A DNA stretch of 64,000 nt from Candidatus Poribacteria bacterium (GTDB taxonomy: Bacteria; Poribacteria; WGA-4E; PCPOR2b). The position numbers and the translations under genes were made by a program. The notes under the pieces were generated by a model. That model was not told the DNA's origin. It saw only the letters and a list, made by a program, of their open reading frames with translations, and searched no databases. The stretch spans positions 4,256,001 through 4,320,000 of the forward strand of contig OZ242351.1 of assembly GCA_965208675.1 (NCBI GenBank), in the 5' to 3' direction. Every line of letters begins with the position of its first letter. Position 1 is the stretch's first letter. This document shows positions 30,233 to 40,415 of the stretch, in pieces.

Positions 30233-31420
30233 ATGAAAATGAACCTTGACGAAATCCAGCGCATTCTCAAATCATACGAGATTGATGGTTGGCTGTTGTA
30301 TGACTTCCGCGGCAGCAACCCAATCGCGCAACGTGTCTCCGGCGTGGCAGAAAGCGCGATTACGCGGCGTTGGTTGTGCTATATTCCGTCAAGCGGCGAG
30401 CCGACTTGGCTGATTCACCGCATTGAACTGTCCCATTTTTCCCAAGTGTCCGGCAGGGTGAAAACCTACGTGAGTTGGCGTGAACTGCACGATGAGATCG
30501 CGGCAATACTCTTCGATTGCGGCAAAGTAGCGATGGAATATTCTCCTAACGCCGCGATTCCCTATGTCTCAAGGGTAGATGCGGGTACACTGGAATTGAT
30601 TCAATCCTGCGGCGTGGAAGTTGTATCTTCTGGCAATTTAGTCCAGCACGTTGAGGCGTGTTTGACACATGAACAGTTTGAGACGCATCGGGAAGCGGCG
30701 CGTCTGATATTGGAGGTGAAAGATCTCGCTTTTGCTTGGATTGGCGAACAAGTCAAAATGGGCAATGCCATCTCGGAATATGATGTTCAATGTCTAATAA
30801 TGGAACGCTTTGAAGCCATGCATCTAATTGTGGGGCATCCGCCGATCGTGGCGGTCAATTCAAACAGCAGCGCCCCGCACTATTTTCCAACCGCTGCCGA
30901 ACACCAGCCGATTGCGGCGGACGATTTTATCCTAATCGATCTGTGGGCAAAAATGGATGTGCCGAACGCGGTTTATGGGGACACGACTTGGGTTGGCTAT
31001 GCTGGAAAGCAGGTTCCGGACAAATACGTGAAGATATTTGAGATTGTTCGTGACGCCCGCGATCTAGCCGTCGCATTCATTTGCGGCATGACCACGGCGG
31101 GGAATCAGATTTGCGGATATGAAGTTGATGAGGTTGCACGGAATTATATTGCAGAGAAGGGATACGGCGAATTTTTTATCCACCGTGTGGGACACAACAT
31201 CGGGACAGAATTACACGGGAACGGCGTCAATATTGACAACTTCGAAACGCGGGATGAACGGCCCCTAGTCCCGGGTATCTGTTTTTCCATTGAACCGGGA
31301 ATTTACCTCCCCGAATTTGGGATTAGGAGCGAAATTGACGTTTTTTTAGCTCGTCCAGAGCAAGGCGGCGTAATAGTGACAACCGCCCCAGTTCAAAATG
31401 AGGTATTGTCACTGCTGTAA
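30233..31420 (+). CDS. M24 family aminopeptidase P-like peptidase
   Basis: DGWLLYDFRGSNP, LIDLWAK, YGDTT, HRVGHNIG, FSIEPGIY, RSEID. Confidence 0.9.
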   Translation: MKMNLDEIQRILKSYEIDGWLLYDFRGSNPIAQRVSGVAESAITRRWLCYIPSSGEPTWLIHRIELSHFSQVSGRVKTYVSWRELHDEIAAILFDCGKVAMEYSPNAAIPYVSRVDAGTLELIQSCGVEVVSSGNLVQHVEACLTHEQFETHREAARLILEVKDLAFAWIGEQVKMGNAISEYDVQCLIMERFEAMHLIVGHPPIVAVNSNSSAPHYFPTAAEHQPIAADDFILIDLWAKMDVPNAVYGDTTWVGYAGKQVPDKYVKIFEIVRDARDLAVAFICGMTTAGNQICGYEVDEVARNYIAEKGYGEFFIHRVGHNIGTELHGNGVNIDNFETRDERPLVPGICFSIEPGIYLPEFGIRSEIDVFLARPEQGGVIVTTAPVQNEVLSLL

Positions 31421-32111
31421 CTTTGTAATTGTGTCTTTTTAGATCGGCTAACACCCTGTTAAAATATGTCCGAGCGTTAATAATCCATTGCTTCGCGTCC
31501 CTGGGGTTCTGATTATCTCGTACAAGATTTGCCGCCCCGAGGCGGTAAACGAGATACCGTTTGTCATCGCGAGTATGTTGTTCAGGTACAAGCGTTCTAT
31601 CCGGTTCGGCGTCAACTGCACCGTCAATTTCAAGGACCCAGAAAAAATAATCCTCGTTATATCCGAGATAACCCATCTCCACATCGAGGCGGTTATCAGT
31701 TTCTGTGGGCAGAGATATTAGCGCAAAGTTTCGATTTAGAACCTGCGGATATATTGCGCTTAGAAATATCTGATCATAACCAGAGGGCTGCTTCGCGCGG
31801 TTGAGGAGTTCCAGCAATGTTTTTCGATCTTCCGTCTTGAGTTTCAGGCAGATTTGTGCAAAAACCTCATTACGCAAACTCATGACGCGCTGATCCAACG
31901 GAATTAAGTGCTTGGCGAGATCCTTAATTGCGCGGCGTTTCAAAGAAATATTCCAGAGCAGCCAACGTCCAATTTGATACCAAGTCTCCAGTTGAAGAAG
32001 ACGCCGCGGCGAGAGATTTTTGAGTTTCTGAAGAACTTGCCTGTGCCAATTTTCATGGAGTGCTAGATTTTGTTGATTCACAGCTTCACCTGATTCGTAG
32101 CCCCACAACAT
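31323..32111 (-). CDS. Hypothetical protein
   Basis: Long ORF directly downstream of the M28 gene; start uncertain; 3' end overlaps the convergent M24 gene by about 98 nt. Confidence 0.55.
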   Translation of the reverse strand: MLWGYESGEAVNQQNLALHENWHRQVLQKLKNLSPRRLLQLETWYQIGRWLLWNISLKRRAIKDLAKHLIPLDQRVMSLRNEVFAQICLKLKTEDRKTLLELLNRAKQPSGYDQIFLSAIYPQVLNRNFALISLPTETDNRLDVEMGYLGYNEDYFFWVLEIDGAVDAEPDRTLVPEQHTRDDKRYLVYRLGAANLVRDNQNPRDAKQWIINARTYFNRVLADLKRHNYKVTAVTIPHFELGRLSLLRRLALDELKKRQFRS

Positions 32112-32134
32112 TGCGCTATATGTTGAACGGTTCT

Positions 32135-33127
32135 TTACAACCCCCGATAGACAATATCTAACACTAAACGTCCGACGACTTCCAAGCTGTGAGGGCTGCA
32201 TTTATCCGGTGTATCTTCAATTGTATGCCAATAAGGGTAGCTGAAGTCGATAATATTTACAGTTGGAACGCCCGCCTCAATGAGTTGTAGATGATCATCC
32301 ATTACCGCCTCGCCTAACCGACGTTGAAACTCGGAGAGTCCGATTTCCTCGGCGCGTCTCCAAATTGCCTCTGTCAACTGGCGGTCCGCATTCCAAGAGT
32401 AGAGTTCCATGGGCAACTCTAAATCGCGGTCGCCAACCATGTCCAAGAGTATACCAAAATCCGCTGACCACCTTCCCATATTTTGTGCGAAATATCGAGA
32501 TCCAAGAAACATGTCCGAGACCGTTTTCCCATAATCTTCGCCGTCAAACAAAACGATGATGACTGGAGTCGCAGGTGGATTGGATTTTAATATGCGGGCA
32601 ACCTCAAGAAGAACAGCAACTCCCGATGCCCCGTCGTTAGCGCCAAGAATCGGTGTGTTACGGTTCGCCGGATTTGGATCCAAGTCCGCAAATGGACGCG
32701 TATCCCAATGAGCGGCGAGGAGCATTGTTCCGCCCCCGTTGCCTCCGAACCGGGCAAGAATGTTGTTCATTTTTATAGATTGGTTTTGTTGGCGGTACTC
32801 AAATGGCTGGAGCACAGCCTCTTCGGCAAATTTTTCAAGTTCAGCGAGGAGATAAGCCTGGGTTTTTTGGTGCGCGGCGGATCCGGGGAATCGCGCGCCA
32901 AACTCGCACTGCTTTTCCAGATATGCAAAGGCGCGTTTTCCACTGAACTCCTTTTCGTTAATTTGGCCTTCTGCTATACTGTTCGGCGAGGCTTCAGCGG
33001 AAGCTTCCAATCTTGAAATAGGTGTTAACTCCCACCGAATTACGCCGAGCAGGAGCAAACACAACACACTCCATAGCAACAGTTGCCTAAGTTGCTGAAC
33101 CAATGGAATCATAGGGTTTATCCTCAT
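32135..33127 (-). CDS. M28 family peptidase / glutaminyl cyclase-like protein
   Basis: AAHWDTRP, GANDGASGVAVLLE, FDGEDYG, LLDMVG, DDH, WHT..D. Confidence 0.9.
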   Translation of the reverse strand: MRINPMIPLVQQLRQLLLWSVLCLLLLGVIRWELTPISRLEASAEASPNSIAEGQINEKEFSGKRAFAYLEKQCEFGARFPGSAAHQKTQAYLLAELEKFAEEAVLQPFEYRQQNQSIKMNNILARFGGNGGGTMLLAAHWDTRPFADLDPNPANRNTPILGANDGASGVAVLLEVARILKSNPPATPVIIVLFDGEDYGKTVSDMFLGSRYFAQNMGRWSADFGILLDMVGDRDLELPMELYSWNADRQLTEAIWRRAEEIGLSEFQRRLGEAVMDDHLQLIEAGVPTVNIIDFSYPYWHTIEDTPDKCSPHSLEVVGRLVLDIVYRGL

Positions 33128-33723
33128 ATCTGTCGACGGCCTTCTAAGGCTCTGGCAAGTGTGACTTCGTCTATATACTCGAGGTCGCCGCCTGCAGGTA
33201 TTCCGTAGGCAATTCGAGTAATTGAGATACCTAGGTCTTCGAGAAGGTTTTTCAAATAAAGCGCAGTTGCTTGCCCTTGAGTCGTGTAATTCGTTGCCAC
33301 GATTACCTCTTTGATATCCTCATTTTGAATTCGCTTGAGTAGCGCATCAATTTTGATGTCTTTAGGCCCAACGCCATCCAAAGGCGAAAGAACGCCCATG
33401 AGGGTATGGTATAAGCCTTTGTACTCTTTTGTACGTTCAATCGCCAAGAGATCGTCAGGTTCCTCTATAACACAAATTACTTGGCGGTCGCGTTCGGCAT
33501 CTGTGCAAATGTAGCACGGGTTTCGATCCGTTATGTTGCCGCAAGCTGTACAATGGAATAGGCGGGTTTGGACATCAGTAATGGCGCGCGCCAACTTTGT
33601 TGTTTCCCCATCCGGCAATTTAGTCATGTAAAACGCCAGGCGTTGGGCGGTTTTCGGACCAATCGTAGGCAACTTCTGCAGTTCGTTAATTAATCTAGCC
33701 AGAGGTTCAGGGTAATGTAGCAT
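33124..33723 (-). CDS. recR: Recombination mediator RecR
   Basis: LPTIGPKTAQRLA, C4 zinc finger, Toprim domain, RIAYGIP.GGDLEY.DEVTL. Confidence 0.97.
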   Translation of the reverse strand: MLHYPEPLARLINELQKLPTIGPKTAQRLAFYMTKLPDGETTKLARAITDVQTRLFHCTACGNITDRNPCYICTDAERDRQVICVIEEPDDLLAIERTKEYKGLYHTLMGVLSPLDGVGPKDIKIDALLKRIQNEDIKEVIVATNYTTQGQATALYLKNLLEDLGISITRIAYGIPAGGDLEYIDEVTLARALEGRRQI

Positions 33724-33749
33724 ATTGGTATTGAATTTGTATTGTTCAT

Positions 33750-34058
33750 TTACATGAGTCCTGGAATTTTTAGCCCTCCAGTCAACTTTCCCATTTCCTG
33801 GTTCATTAGTTCTTGCGCTTCGTTTCGAGCTTCATTTGCGGCAGCGACAATCAGGTCTTCAAGGATTTCCACATCATCCGGGTCAACTACATCGGGTGAG
33901 ATTTTTATCGATACCAACTCCTGCTGGCCATTGACGACGGCTGTTACCATGCCGCCTCCGACCGTTGCCTCGACAGTACGATTGGCAAGTTCTTCTTGGA
34001 TTTCAAGCATGCGTTTTTGCAGTTGTTGCGCTTGTTTCATAAGATTATTCATCTTCAT
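33750..34058 (-). CDS. ybaB: YbaB/EbfC nucleoid-associated protein
   Basis: MKQAQQLQ, GGGMV, LEDLIVAA; canonical position between dnaX and recR. Confidence 0.95.
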   Translation of the reverse strand: MKMNNLMKQAQQLQKRMLEIQEELANRTVEATVGGGMVTAVVNGQQELVSIKISPDVVDPDDVEILEDLIVAAANEARNEAQELMNQEMGKLTGGLKIPGLM

Positions 34059-34110
34059 TTTGATTACCTTTCAATAATTTTGTTTACTTACCAACTTGCG
34101 CGAAGTCTAC

Positions 34111-34308
34111 AATAGACACCTTTCCAAAATAATTCCACCGCCCGATAGCCCCAGACGGGATCTTCGATCGTCAAATCGAAGATAGTTTTTTCAGACAAAT
34201 AGAATTCGCCGTTACACATCAACATCTAGCCCCAGCGGGGCGGCAGGTGTAAAACGGCTACCCTCACATTGGGCTAATACGCTGTAGGGGCAGGTCTTGT
34301 GCCTGCCC
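34111..34308 (+). repeat. Repeat family R1 copy inside the dnaX-ybaB intergenic region
   Basis: Near-identical to 5831-6023; ends GTAGGGGCAGGTCTTGTGCCTGCCC. Confidence 0.85.
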
Positions 34309-34343
34309 AAAAAACTTTCCTCTAACCTTATGCGCTCAAACGA

Positions 34344-36161
34344 CTATTTGGGTTCAATTTTAAGTATCCTTGCGTCAAAAAGATTGAGTGTCGGGGCTAA
34401 TTGTGAGTCTCGTTCAACTTCAGCATGAAACATAATTCCGGTTGGTTTCTGTGTGGTTTTCGAGGTCTCCATCGAATTCGTATCAGAGGGCCCGCCGGTA
34501 GCAACGAACTCGATTTGGACGGGATGTCCAATTAAACCCCTCAAATGTTTTACAACAAGAGTTTTATCATCCTCATTGATAATGGATTCGTTCGCCAAAG
34601 CGGAGTTACAAGCAATTTTCAGATTTGGAACGGTTTCGGGTGCAGGACCGTTGTTTTCTTGATAGGGTAGAAGCGTGGTCGCTTTAAGGAGCGAAAATAG
34701 CGCCATATTTTCGGCCCGCAATGATTGCAAAACCTGTCCCCAAACATTCTCAAGTTGCTTTGAATCGCCAAGCATAGCGTAGTCATGCGTGCGGCTGGAT
34801 TTGTCGTTTGTGTCAGGCTCAATCGTGTCATGGTGATACGTGGACTGTGGATCCAAATTCGAGTCTTCCCCCAAAGATAAGGGAGCAGACGGACGCTCGA
34901 ATTCAGACCTATTGGATTGGTCGCCAGTCAATTGGGGATCAATTTCACGCGGTGAAGGATTGGTTTGATTTTGGGAAGCGCTGTGCACGGCGATTTTGTC
35001 TTCAATCTCCGAAAGCCTGCCGGCAATCTCTGCGAGTTGAATACCCTCTTGAATGGAGCACATATCAATCACCGCAGATTCAAGGTGGACTTGAGCATAC
35101 CCGTGGCGCTTAATCTCGCTATGTGTTTTAGTCAAAATTTTAATTATCCGGGATAAGCGCTCAGTGGTAGTTTGGTCTGCTTGTTCCCGCATGCGATTGA
35201 GTTCCGATTTCGAACCTTGGATCAAATTGTCCAAATTTTTGTTAATAGCTAAAATTCTTATCTGTCTAAAGTGTGTAATGAGTTGGTGCAAGCATTGGAT
35301 TAAATCCACACCCTGCTTTGCTAGTCTGGTGAGGGTTTGAAGGGATTCAGATAATTTGCACTCCAGAACTGCTTGAACCAGCTCATGGATGAGGTGCGAC
35401 GATCCAAATCCCAAAATTTGGTTAATCTTCTCCGCCTCCAACGTATCGCCAACTGATGCAATAAGACGTTCCAACAGGTTTTCGGCGTCCCTGAGACAGC
35501 CTTCCGATTGTTCCGCAATCGAAGAAAGGCCTTCGTCGTCAATGCTAATATCTTCAGCGGTGCAAATGCTGCGCAGACGGTCGGAAATCTGTTCCAATTC
35601 CATGTAGCGAAAGTCGAAATCTTGGCAACGGGATATAATTGTCTTGGGAATTTTGTGGTGTTCCGTTGTTGCGAGAATGAAAATGACATGCGGGGGAGGT
35701 TCTTCAAGCGTTTTCAACAGGGCGTTGAATGCTTCCTGGGTAAGCATGTGTGCTTCGTCAATGATATAGATTTTGTAGAGATTGGAAGCCGGCGCTAATT
35801 TTACATTTTCTCGAAGTTCGCGGATTGGATCAATCCCTCGATTGGATGCGGCATCCATTTCGATTACATCGAACGATCTGTCTTGAGAGATTTCCACACA
35901 AAACTGGCATTCATTACAAGGTTCAGCAGTGGCTCCCTGTTGGGAATCAGTCTCTTTGCGGCGGTTGGGGCAATTCACAGCCTTTGCCAAAATGCGTGCA
36001 ACCGTCGTTTTGCCGGTGCCCCGCGGCCCCCAAAATAGATAGGCATGTCCAACCCTATCGGAGAGAATCTGGTTTTTCAGGGTCTGTATGACATGCGTTT
36101 GACCAACGACATCTTCAAATAACCGGGGGCGCCACTTCTGCGCTAGTACCTCATAGGACAT
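34344..36161 (-). CDS. dnaX: DNA polymerase III subunit gamma/tau
   Basis: MSYEVLAQKWRP, GPRGTGKTT, EMDAASNRG, IDEAHML, NALLKTLEEPP, SRC. Start set at 36161 because the longer ORF overlaps the SRP RNA. Confidence 0.97.
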   Translation of the reverse strand: MSYEVLAQKWRPRLFEDVVGQTHVIQTLKNQILSDRVGHAYLFWGPRGTGKTTVARILAKAVNCPNRRKETDSQQGATAEPCNECQFCVEISQDRSFDVIEMDAASNRGIDPIRELRENVKLAPASNLYKIYIIDEAHMLTQEAFNALLKTLEEPPPHVIFILATTEHHKIPKTIISRCQDFDFRYMELEQISDRLRSICTAEDISIDDEGLSSIAEQSEGCLRDAENLLERLIASVGDTLEAEKINQILGFGSSHLIHELVQAVLECKLSESLQTLTRLAKQGVDLIQCLHQLITHFRQIRILAINKNLDNLIQGSKSELNRMREQADQTTTERLSRIIKILTKTHSEIKRHGYAQVHLESAVIDMCSIQEGIQLAEIAGRLSEIEDKIAVHSASQNQTNPSPREIDPQLTGDQSNRSEFERPSAPLSLGEDSNLDPQSTYHHDTIEPDTNDKSSRTHDYAMLGDSKQLENVWGQVLQSLRAENMALFSLLKATTLLPYQENNGPAPETVPNLKIACNSALANESIINEDDKTLVVKHLRGLIGHPVQIEFVATGGPSDTNSMETSKTTQKPTGIMFHAEVERDSQLAPTLNLFDARILKIEPK

Positions 36162-36287
36162 GAATTCGCCCTTCAAATAATCGGGGTGGAGAAAACCTTC
36201 GAGAGAGACCTCAACGTACGGTATAGATTGCTCTGATTCGGCATCAAATCCGATGATAGAAGAAAGAGGAGAGAAGACGTGGAATAT

Positions 36288-36565
36288 CTTGGCTATGCAC
36301 CCGAGGTTTGACGCGCTCTCCCAAGCGTTACCCGAGCAGTTGGCTCCGATTAGGCTGTCCTGCGTCACACCTGAAGATTTATCTGCCGCTGCTTCTTTCC
36401 AGACCTGACGGGGTTTGATAAATTCAAGTTGCTCAGGACCTAATCTTCAACACCACTTACATGGGCCGGACCTCAAAAGAAACACGCCGCACCCTAGGAA
36501 TTCAGCCCTGCTATAGCGGATTGCAGATTCAGGGCACCGCTACCTCCCCGCATAGCATAGCCAAG
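36288..36565 (-). ncRNA. ffs: Large (Alu-domain) signal recognition particle RNA
   Basis: Minus strand: Alu domain GGGGAGGTAGCGGTGCCCTG..CTGCAATCCGCT..AGCAGG, helix 8 TCAGGTCTGGAAAGAAGCAGC, terminal pairing CTTGGCTATGC/GCATAGCCAAG; upstream of dnaX. Confidence 0.92.
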
Positions 36566-36960
36566 GTCTTAATGAGGACAAAATGGCGGCAAATACAATC
36601 AATAAAAGTTCTTGGTTTACTGCGCAGTTTCAATCTTCCACAGGCCTACCAAGATTCGTGCAGCTTAAAAACCTGTTTGAAAATTCATTCTATACCGCCC
36701 CAGAGGGCTTACTATTACCCACAAGTCCGCAAGGTCGGATAGTGTACGGGTTTTCTCCCCTCAATCCTGACGTAATCGTGCTGTGAATCCCCTGTGGGAA
36801 GGGCTTCCTAGCCCTGATTATCGGGACAGGGATGTCGCATCCTTTTCACGCCGTGTGAAGTATTCTGGGAATTCGGAAGTCCGCTTACACTTCGCTAGCA
36901 TGGCACTTTCGTTTCACGACGGCGGTGTGGTGATGATTCATATTGGCTGTACGGCTTCGT

Positions 36961-37206
36961 TCAAGATTGTGAAACGGTAGATTTATATCTCACCAAACGG
37001 AAAACGCCCTTCGACGGTTTGTAAACCTTTTCAGGGTATTTTTCGACAAGTTTCCACACGCAGCCGTTAACCGTTTTTGGATGAAAGGTTGGGTCTGATT
37101 CCTTAATTTTGGACAGAAGTTCTGACCAACGGAGCCCCTCCGGGTGGTTTTCAAGCAAATCAATTGCTATCGCGTTGATGCGTCCTGTAACTGTAGATTT
37201 GCCCAT
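36961..37206 (-). CDS. Small basic hypothetical protein, possible winged-helix fold
   Basis: 81 aa, LLENHPEGLRWSEL...VYKPSKGVFRL; helix-helix-helix-hairpin pattern. Confidence 0.6.
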   Translation of the reverse strand: MGKSTVTGRINAIAIDLLENHPEGLRWSELLSKIKESDPTFHPKTVNGCVWKLVEKYPEKVYKPSKGVFRLVRYKSTVSQS

Positions 37207-37310
37207 ATATTAAAACAGCAATCAAACTCCATTTATCCGGTGGGTACAAATAGCGACTCGCTTTTTCATCCCTTGCCTGCCTTCATAAAGCCAGCGAAAA
37301 CGATACATTT

Positions 37311-37466
37311 TAGGACTTACGCAGTTCAGTTTGTAGTAGCGCAATTTATTGCGCGTCCCGCAGGTTGTTCACTTCCTAGTACGCCGCCTGACACATTGTT
37401 TATTGTAAAAACGGGCAATAAATTGCCCTACTACGAACCTTTGGACGTTCAACTGTGTAAGTCCTA
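37311..37466. mobile_element. MITE family M2, copy 1
   Basis: Terminal inverted repeats TAGGACTTACGCAGTT / AACTGTGTAAGTCCTA; internal REP-like pair GTAGTAGCGCAATTTATTGCGCGT / ACGGGCAATAAATTGCCCTACTAC. Confidence 0.75.
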
Positions 37467-37579
37467 GCATTAAATTCAACGTACCCATGGCAAATGGCGG
37501 AGCAACCCAAATATTTCCACTCCACTTTATTATGCGGCGCTGCTCAAACTGTCCTTGCTAGAGGGAAAATTAATATGGA

Positions 37580-37702
37580 TAGAACTTACGCAATAAGTTC
37601 AAAAGTCCCCCTGATAAGGGGGATTTAGGGGGTTAAAAACACTGAAATAACGACTATTTAAGTCCAATATTTCCTTTTTCTGCTAAATTTGCGTAAGTCC
37701 TG
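37580..37702. mobile_element. MITE family M2, copy 2 with a different interior
   Basis: Ends TAGAACTTACGCAA / TTGCGTAAGTCCTG; interior CCCCCTGATAAGGGGGATTTAGGGGG. Confidence 0.7.
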
Positions 37703-37789
37703 ATGGAAATAATTGGGTTTGCCGCGCGAGTCGGGTACAAAGCGCGAATGCCGCGCCATTCGGCGCCGTCAACGCGCCAAATAATATTA

Positions 37790-37879
37790 GGCGGAGAGAG
37801 TGGGATTTGAACCCACGGTACGGTTTCCCGTACACATGATTTCCAGTCATGCCGATTCAGCCAGCTCTCGCATCTCTCC
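37790..37879 (-). tRNA. tRNA-Ser(GGA)
   Basis: GGAGAGA...TCTCTCC-G; arm CATGA CT GGA AA TCATG; long variable arm. Confidence 0.95.
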
Positions 37880-37945
37880 GGTAAGCTGATGCAAGCAGGG
37901 AAAATCAAACAGTCTGATTACCCAAAAAACATTGAAGGAAAGTAA

Positions 37946-38017
37946 TGGAGCAGACGGGATTTGAACCCGTGACCTCATCCGTGCGAGGGATGCGCTCTCC
38001 CTCTGAGCTACTGCCCC
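37946..38017 (-). tRNA. tRNA-Ala(CGC)
   Basis: GGGGCAG...CTGCTCC-A with G3:U70; arm CATCC CT CGC AC GGATG. Confidence 0.95.
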
Positions 38018-38021
38018 TTTA

Positions 38022-38111
38022 GGCGGAGAGAGTGGGATTTGAACCCACGGTACGGTTTCCCGCACAGCAGTTTTCGAGACTGCCCGATTCAGCCAGCTCT
38101 CGCATCTCTCC
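38022..38111 (-). tRNA. tRNA-Ser(CGA)
   Basis: Arm GCAGT CT CGA AA ACTGC; long variable arm. Confidence 0.95.
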
Positions 38112-38117
38112 GCAATT

Positions 38118-38579
38118 TCAATTCCGGCGATTCTGAAAAAATGATTTGAGAAGCCTGCTGCTCGCTTCTTCTAAGACACCGGATGTAACATCTACTTGGT
38201 GATTCAAACGTCTATGTTGTAACAAGTTGAACAGCGTCCCAGCCGCTCCCGATTTGGGATCGGGAGCGGCATAAACAAGGCGCGGTATGCGAGCCAAAAC
38301 AATTGCGCCCGCGCACATCGGACATGGCTCCAACGTCACGTACAGGGTGGTGTCAATTAACCGCCAATCGCCAATCTTCCGAGAAGCCTCTCGTATAGCG
38401 ATCAATTCGGCGTGGGCTGTTGGGTCGTTGGTCTGTTCTCGGAGATTGTGTGCGCGGGCAAGTTCCACGTCATTTCTGATAATGATCGCTCCGACGGGCA
38501 CTTCGCCGCGCGCAGCCCCTTGGCGCGCGGTCTCAAGCGCTTCACGCATCCAGAGCAGATCCGACATAAAACCCCGCAA
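38118..38579 (-). CDS. tadA: tRNA adenosine(34) deaminase
   Basis: GEVPVGA, DPTAHAE, LYVTLEPCPMCAGA, DPKSGA, LNH. Confidence 0.95.
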   Translation of the reverse strand: MRGFMSDLLWMREALETARQGAARGEVPVGAIIIRNDVELARAHNLREQTNDPTAHAELIAIREASRKIGDWRLIDTTLYVTLEPCPMCAGAIVLARIPRLVYAAPDPKSGAAGTLFNLLQHRRLNHQVDVTSGVLEEASSRLLKSFFQNRRN

Positions 38580-38655
38580 GCCAGATGGTAGCTTCTCGAT
38601 TCCGACAATTTGTGCCGTTCACGGAAAATCCCTACCTGCCGCGCAAAGAGAAATA

Positions 38656-38729
38656 AGCGCCTGAGAGGATTCGAACCCCCGACCTTCTGATCCGTAGTCA
38701 GATGCTCTGATCCACTGAGCTACAGGCGC
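38656..38729 (-). tRNA. tRNA-Arg(ACG)
   Basis: GCGCCTG...CAGGCGC; arm TCTGA CT ACG GA TCAGA. Confidence 0.95.
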
Positions 38730-38736
38730 ATAATCA

Positions 38737-38824
38737 TGGCGGAGAGGATGGGATTCGAACCCATGGTGGCTTGCGCCACAACTGCTTAGCAGGCAGCCCG
38801 ATTCAACCGCTCTCGCACCTCTCC
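38737..38824 (-). tRNA. tRNA-Ser(GCT)
   Basis: Arm GCTGC CT GCT AA GCAGT; encoded CCA. Confidence 0.95.
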
Positions 38825-38838
38825 AGAAGTATACTGAA

Positions 38839-38926
38839 TGGCGGTGGGAGTAGGATTTGAACCCACGGTGACTTTCGCCACAACGGTTTTCAAGACCGCC
38901 GCATTCGACCACTCTGCCATCCCACC
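38839..38926 (-). tRNA. tRNA-Ser(TGA)
   Basis: Arm GCGGT CT TGA AA ACCGT; encoded CCA. Confidence 0.95.
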
Positions 38927-38941
38927 TAAAAACGGTAGGTA

Positions 38942-38971
38942 ATTGTACCAAAATTAAACAGTCGTTGTCAA
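38942..38971 (-). promoter_or_regulatory. sigma70 promoter of the tRNA-tadA operon
   Basis: Minus strand TTGACA-18 nt-TACAAT with extended TGn, 15 nt before tRNA-Ser(TGA). Confidence 0.75.
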
Positions 38972-39174
38972 TGGAAAATCAGGCGGCGAATGCGCACTTT
39001 TTGCGTTCTTACGACCCGTAATTGCGATTCCGCGCCTACGCATTTTTGTTCCGCACGAACAGCCGAATTTTATTGCGGAATCGCACGAATTGCCTGTCTT
39101 ATCCATATTCTTAAGCCTCGACCTCTTTCATTTATGAGAGCGGCAATCGAAATTCCCCCCTACAAGAATCCGAC

Positions 39175-40110
39175 CCCTGTAGGAGCGATCGTCGAATGGC
39201 GGTACGTATTCGCTTTCCCGCTCAACCCAACCTATAACCTCCCCTAACCGCTCCTTAGTAAGGAGGGGAATGATTATTGGAAGGAGCCGACAGGGCGTTC
39301 TCACTGTAGGAGAGGCATCCCTGCCTCGACAATCGGGAGAAGGATTTCCCGCCCACACCGTGGCTTCGTGCGAATTTCTGGACTTGTGGGTAATAGTAAG
39401 CCTACTAAGGGGGGCGAGGGGGGGGTTAGGTTCTTGTAGGTTGGGTAGAGCGGATAATCCCATATCCGCATCAATGGTAAGTTCCCACTCTTAATAACCA
39501 TACGACACCATTGGCAAAATTGCTGTAGCGAAACCCAACGCTTTTGAAACCTCCCGACCACCAAAAGCTATAGTAGTCCTCCCCCTTACTAAGGGGGAGC
39601 TAGAGGGGGTCATACACGCTTCGTCAGGAATCGGAATTCCCTCCTGCCGACAACCTACTGTAGGACCAATCTCCAAATCGCGGCCTTTATGTGAAACCGC
39701 GTTTTTTCTTCAAAACTCGGTTTCTTAATCGCAGCAAAACCTGTATTTAGCCCCAGCGGGGCGGCCGGTATATAGAAAACACAGTAACCCCCACCCCAAA
39801 GCCCCAGCGGGGCGACAGGTGTATAGAATGCAACATCTTCGTAGATTGTGTGGATCCGACCACTAAATCGTCAGTTCTTGTAGGTTGGGTAGAGCGGATA
39901 ATCCCATATCCGCATCAATGGCAATTTCCCACTCTTAATAACCATACGACACTATTGGCAAAATTGCTGTAGCGAAACCCAACGCTTTTGAAACCTCCCG
40001 ACCACCAAAAGCTATAGTAGTCCTCCCCCTTACCAAGGAGGATCAACTGAGCGAACAGCGAAGGATTAACCGGCCGAATAGGGAGGGCGATAGTCCTCTC
40101 CTCTCCCGTG
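39175..40110. repeat. Nested REP/MITE-like repeat cluster
   Basis: About 160-bp direct repeat (39431-39590 and 39875-40033) starting TTCTTGTAGGTTGGGTAGAGCG; two GCCCCAGCGGGGCG units (about 39750 and 39801); 39305-39402 resembles the reverse complement of about 36706-36842. Confidence 0.8.
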
Positions 40111-40415
40111 TTCTCCGAAACTACCACCGGTCAACGATACACGTTCCAACTCCCAAAAAACGCCGGGTTAAGCTTCATCAGATTTAATCATGTACGCAAT
40201 CAAAGCAGCTACCGCTCGCCGCATACTCGCGTTCGTTCGTCAAAACCGATCTCCCAACCCACAAGTGCTCTGCCTATCGCTTGACTGCCACACCCCACAT
40301 CTGGTACATTACCAACAATTTCAGGATTTCCAACTCGACCAGATCGCCATGGGTTTTCCACCTTAAGACTTTTTCATCCTTATCCAAACGATGGGGGTAC
40401 GTTCAGGGGGGAGCG

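Noticed and set aside
36162-36368. N-terminal extension of DnaX in the ORF track
   Set aside because: It overlaps the SRP RNA; the conserved start is MSYEVLA at 36161.
37790-38111. attL/attR pair of an integrated element suggested by the duplicated tRNA-Ser 3' end
   Set aside because: Both copies are complete tRNAs with different anticodons, only about 140 bp apart.
37654-38951. Short ORFs 37654-37908, 37847-38065 and 38619-38951 (also 19805-20002)
   Set aside because: They are shadow translations of tRNA genes.
39175-40110. Possible CRISPR array
   Set aside because: The repeats are long, nested and irregular, with no constant-length unique spacers and no cas genes.
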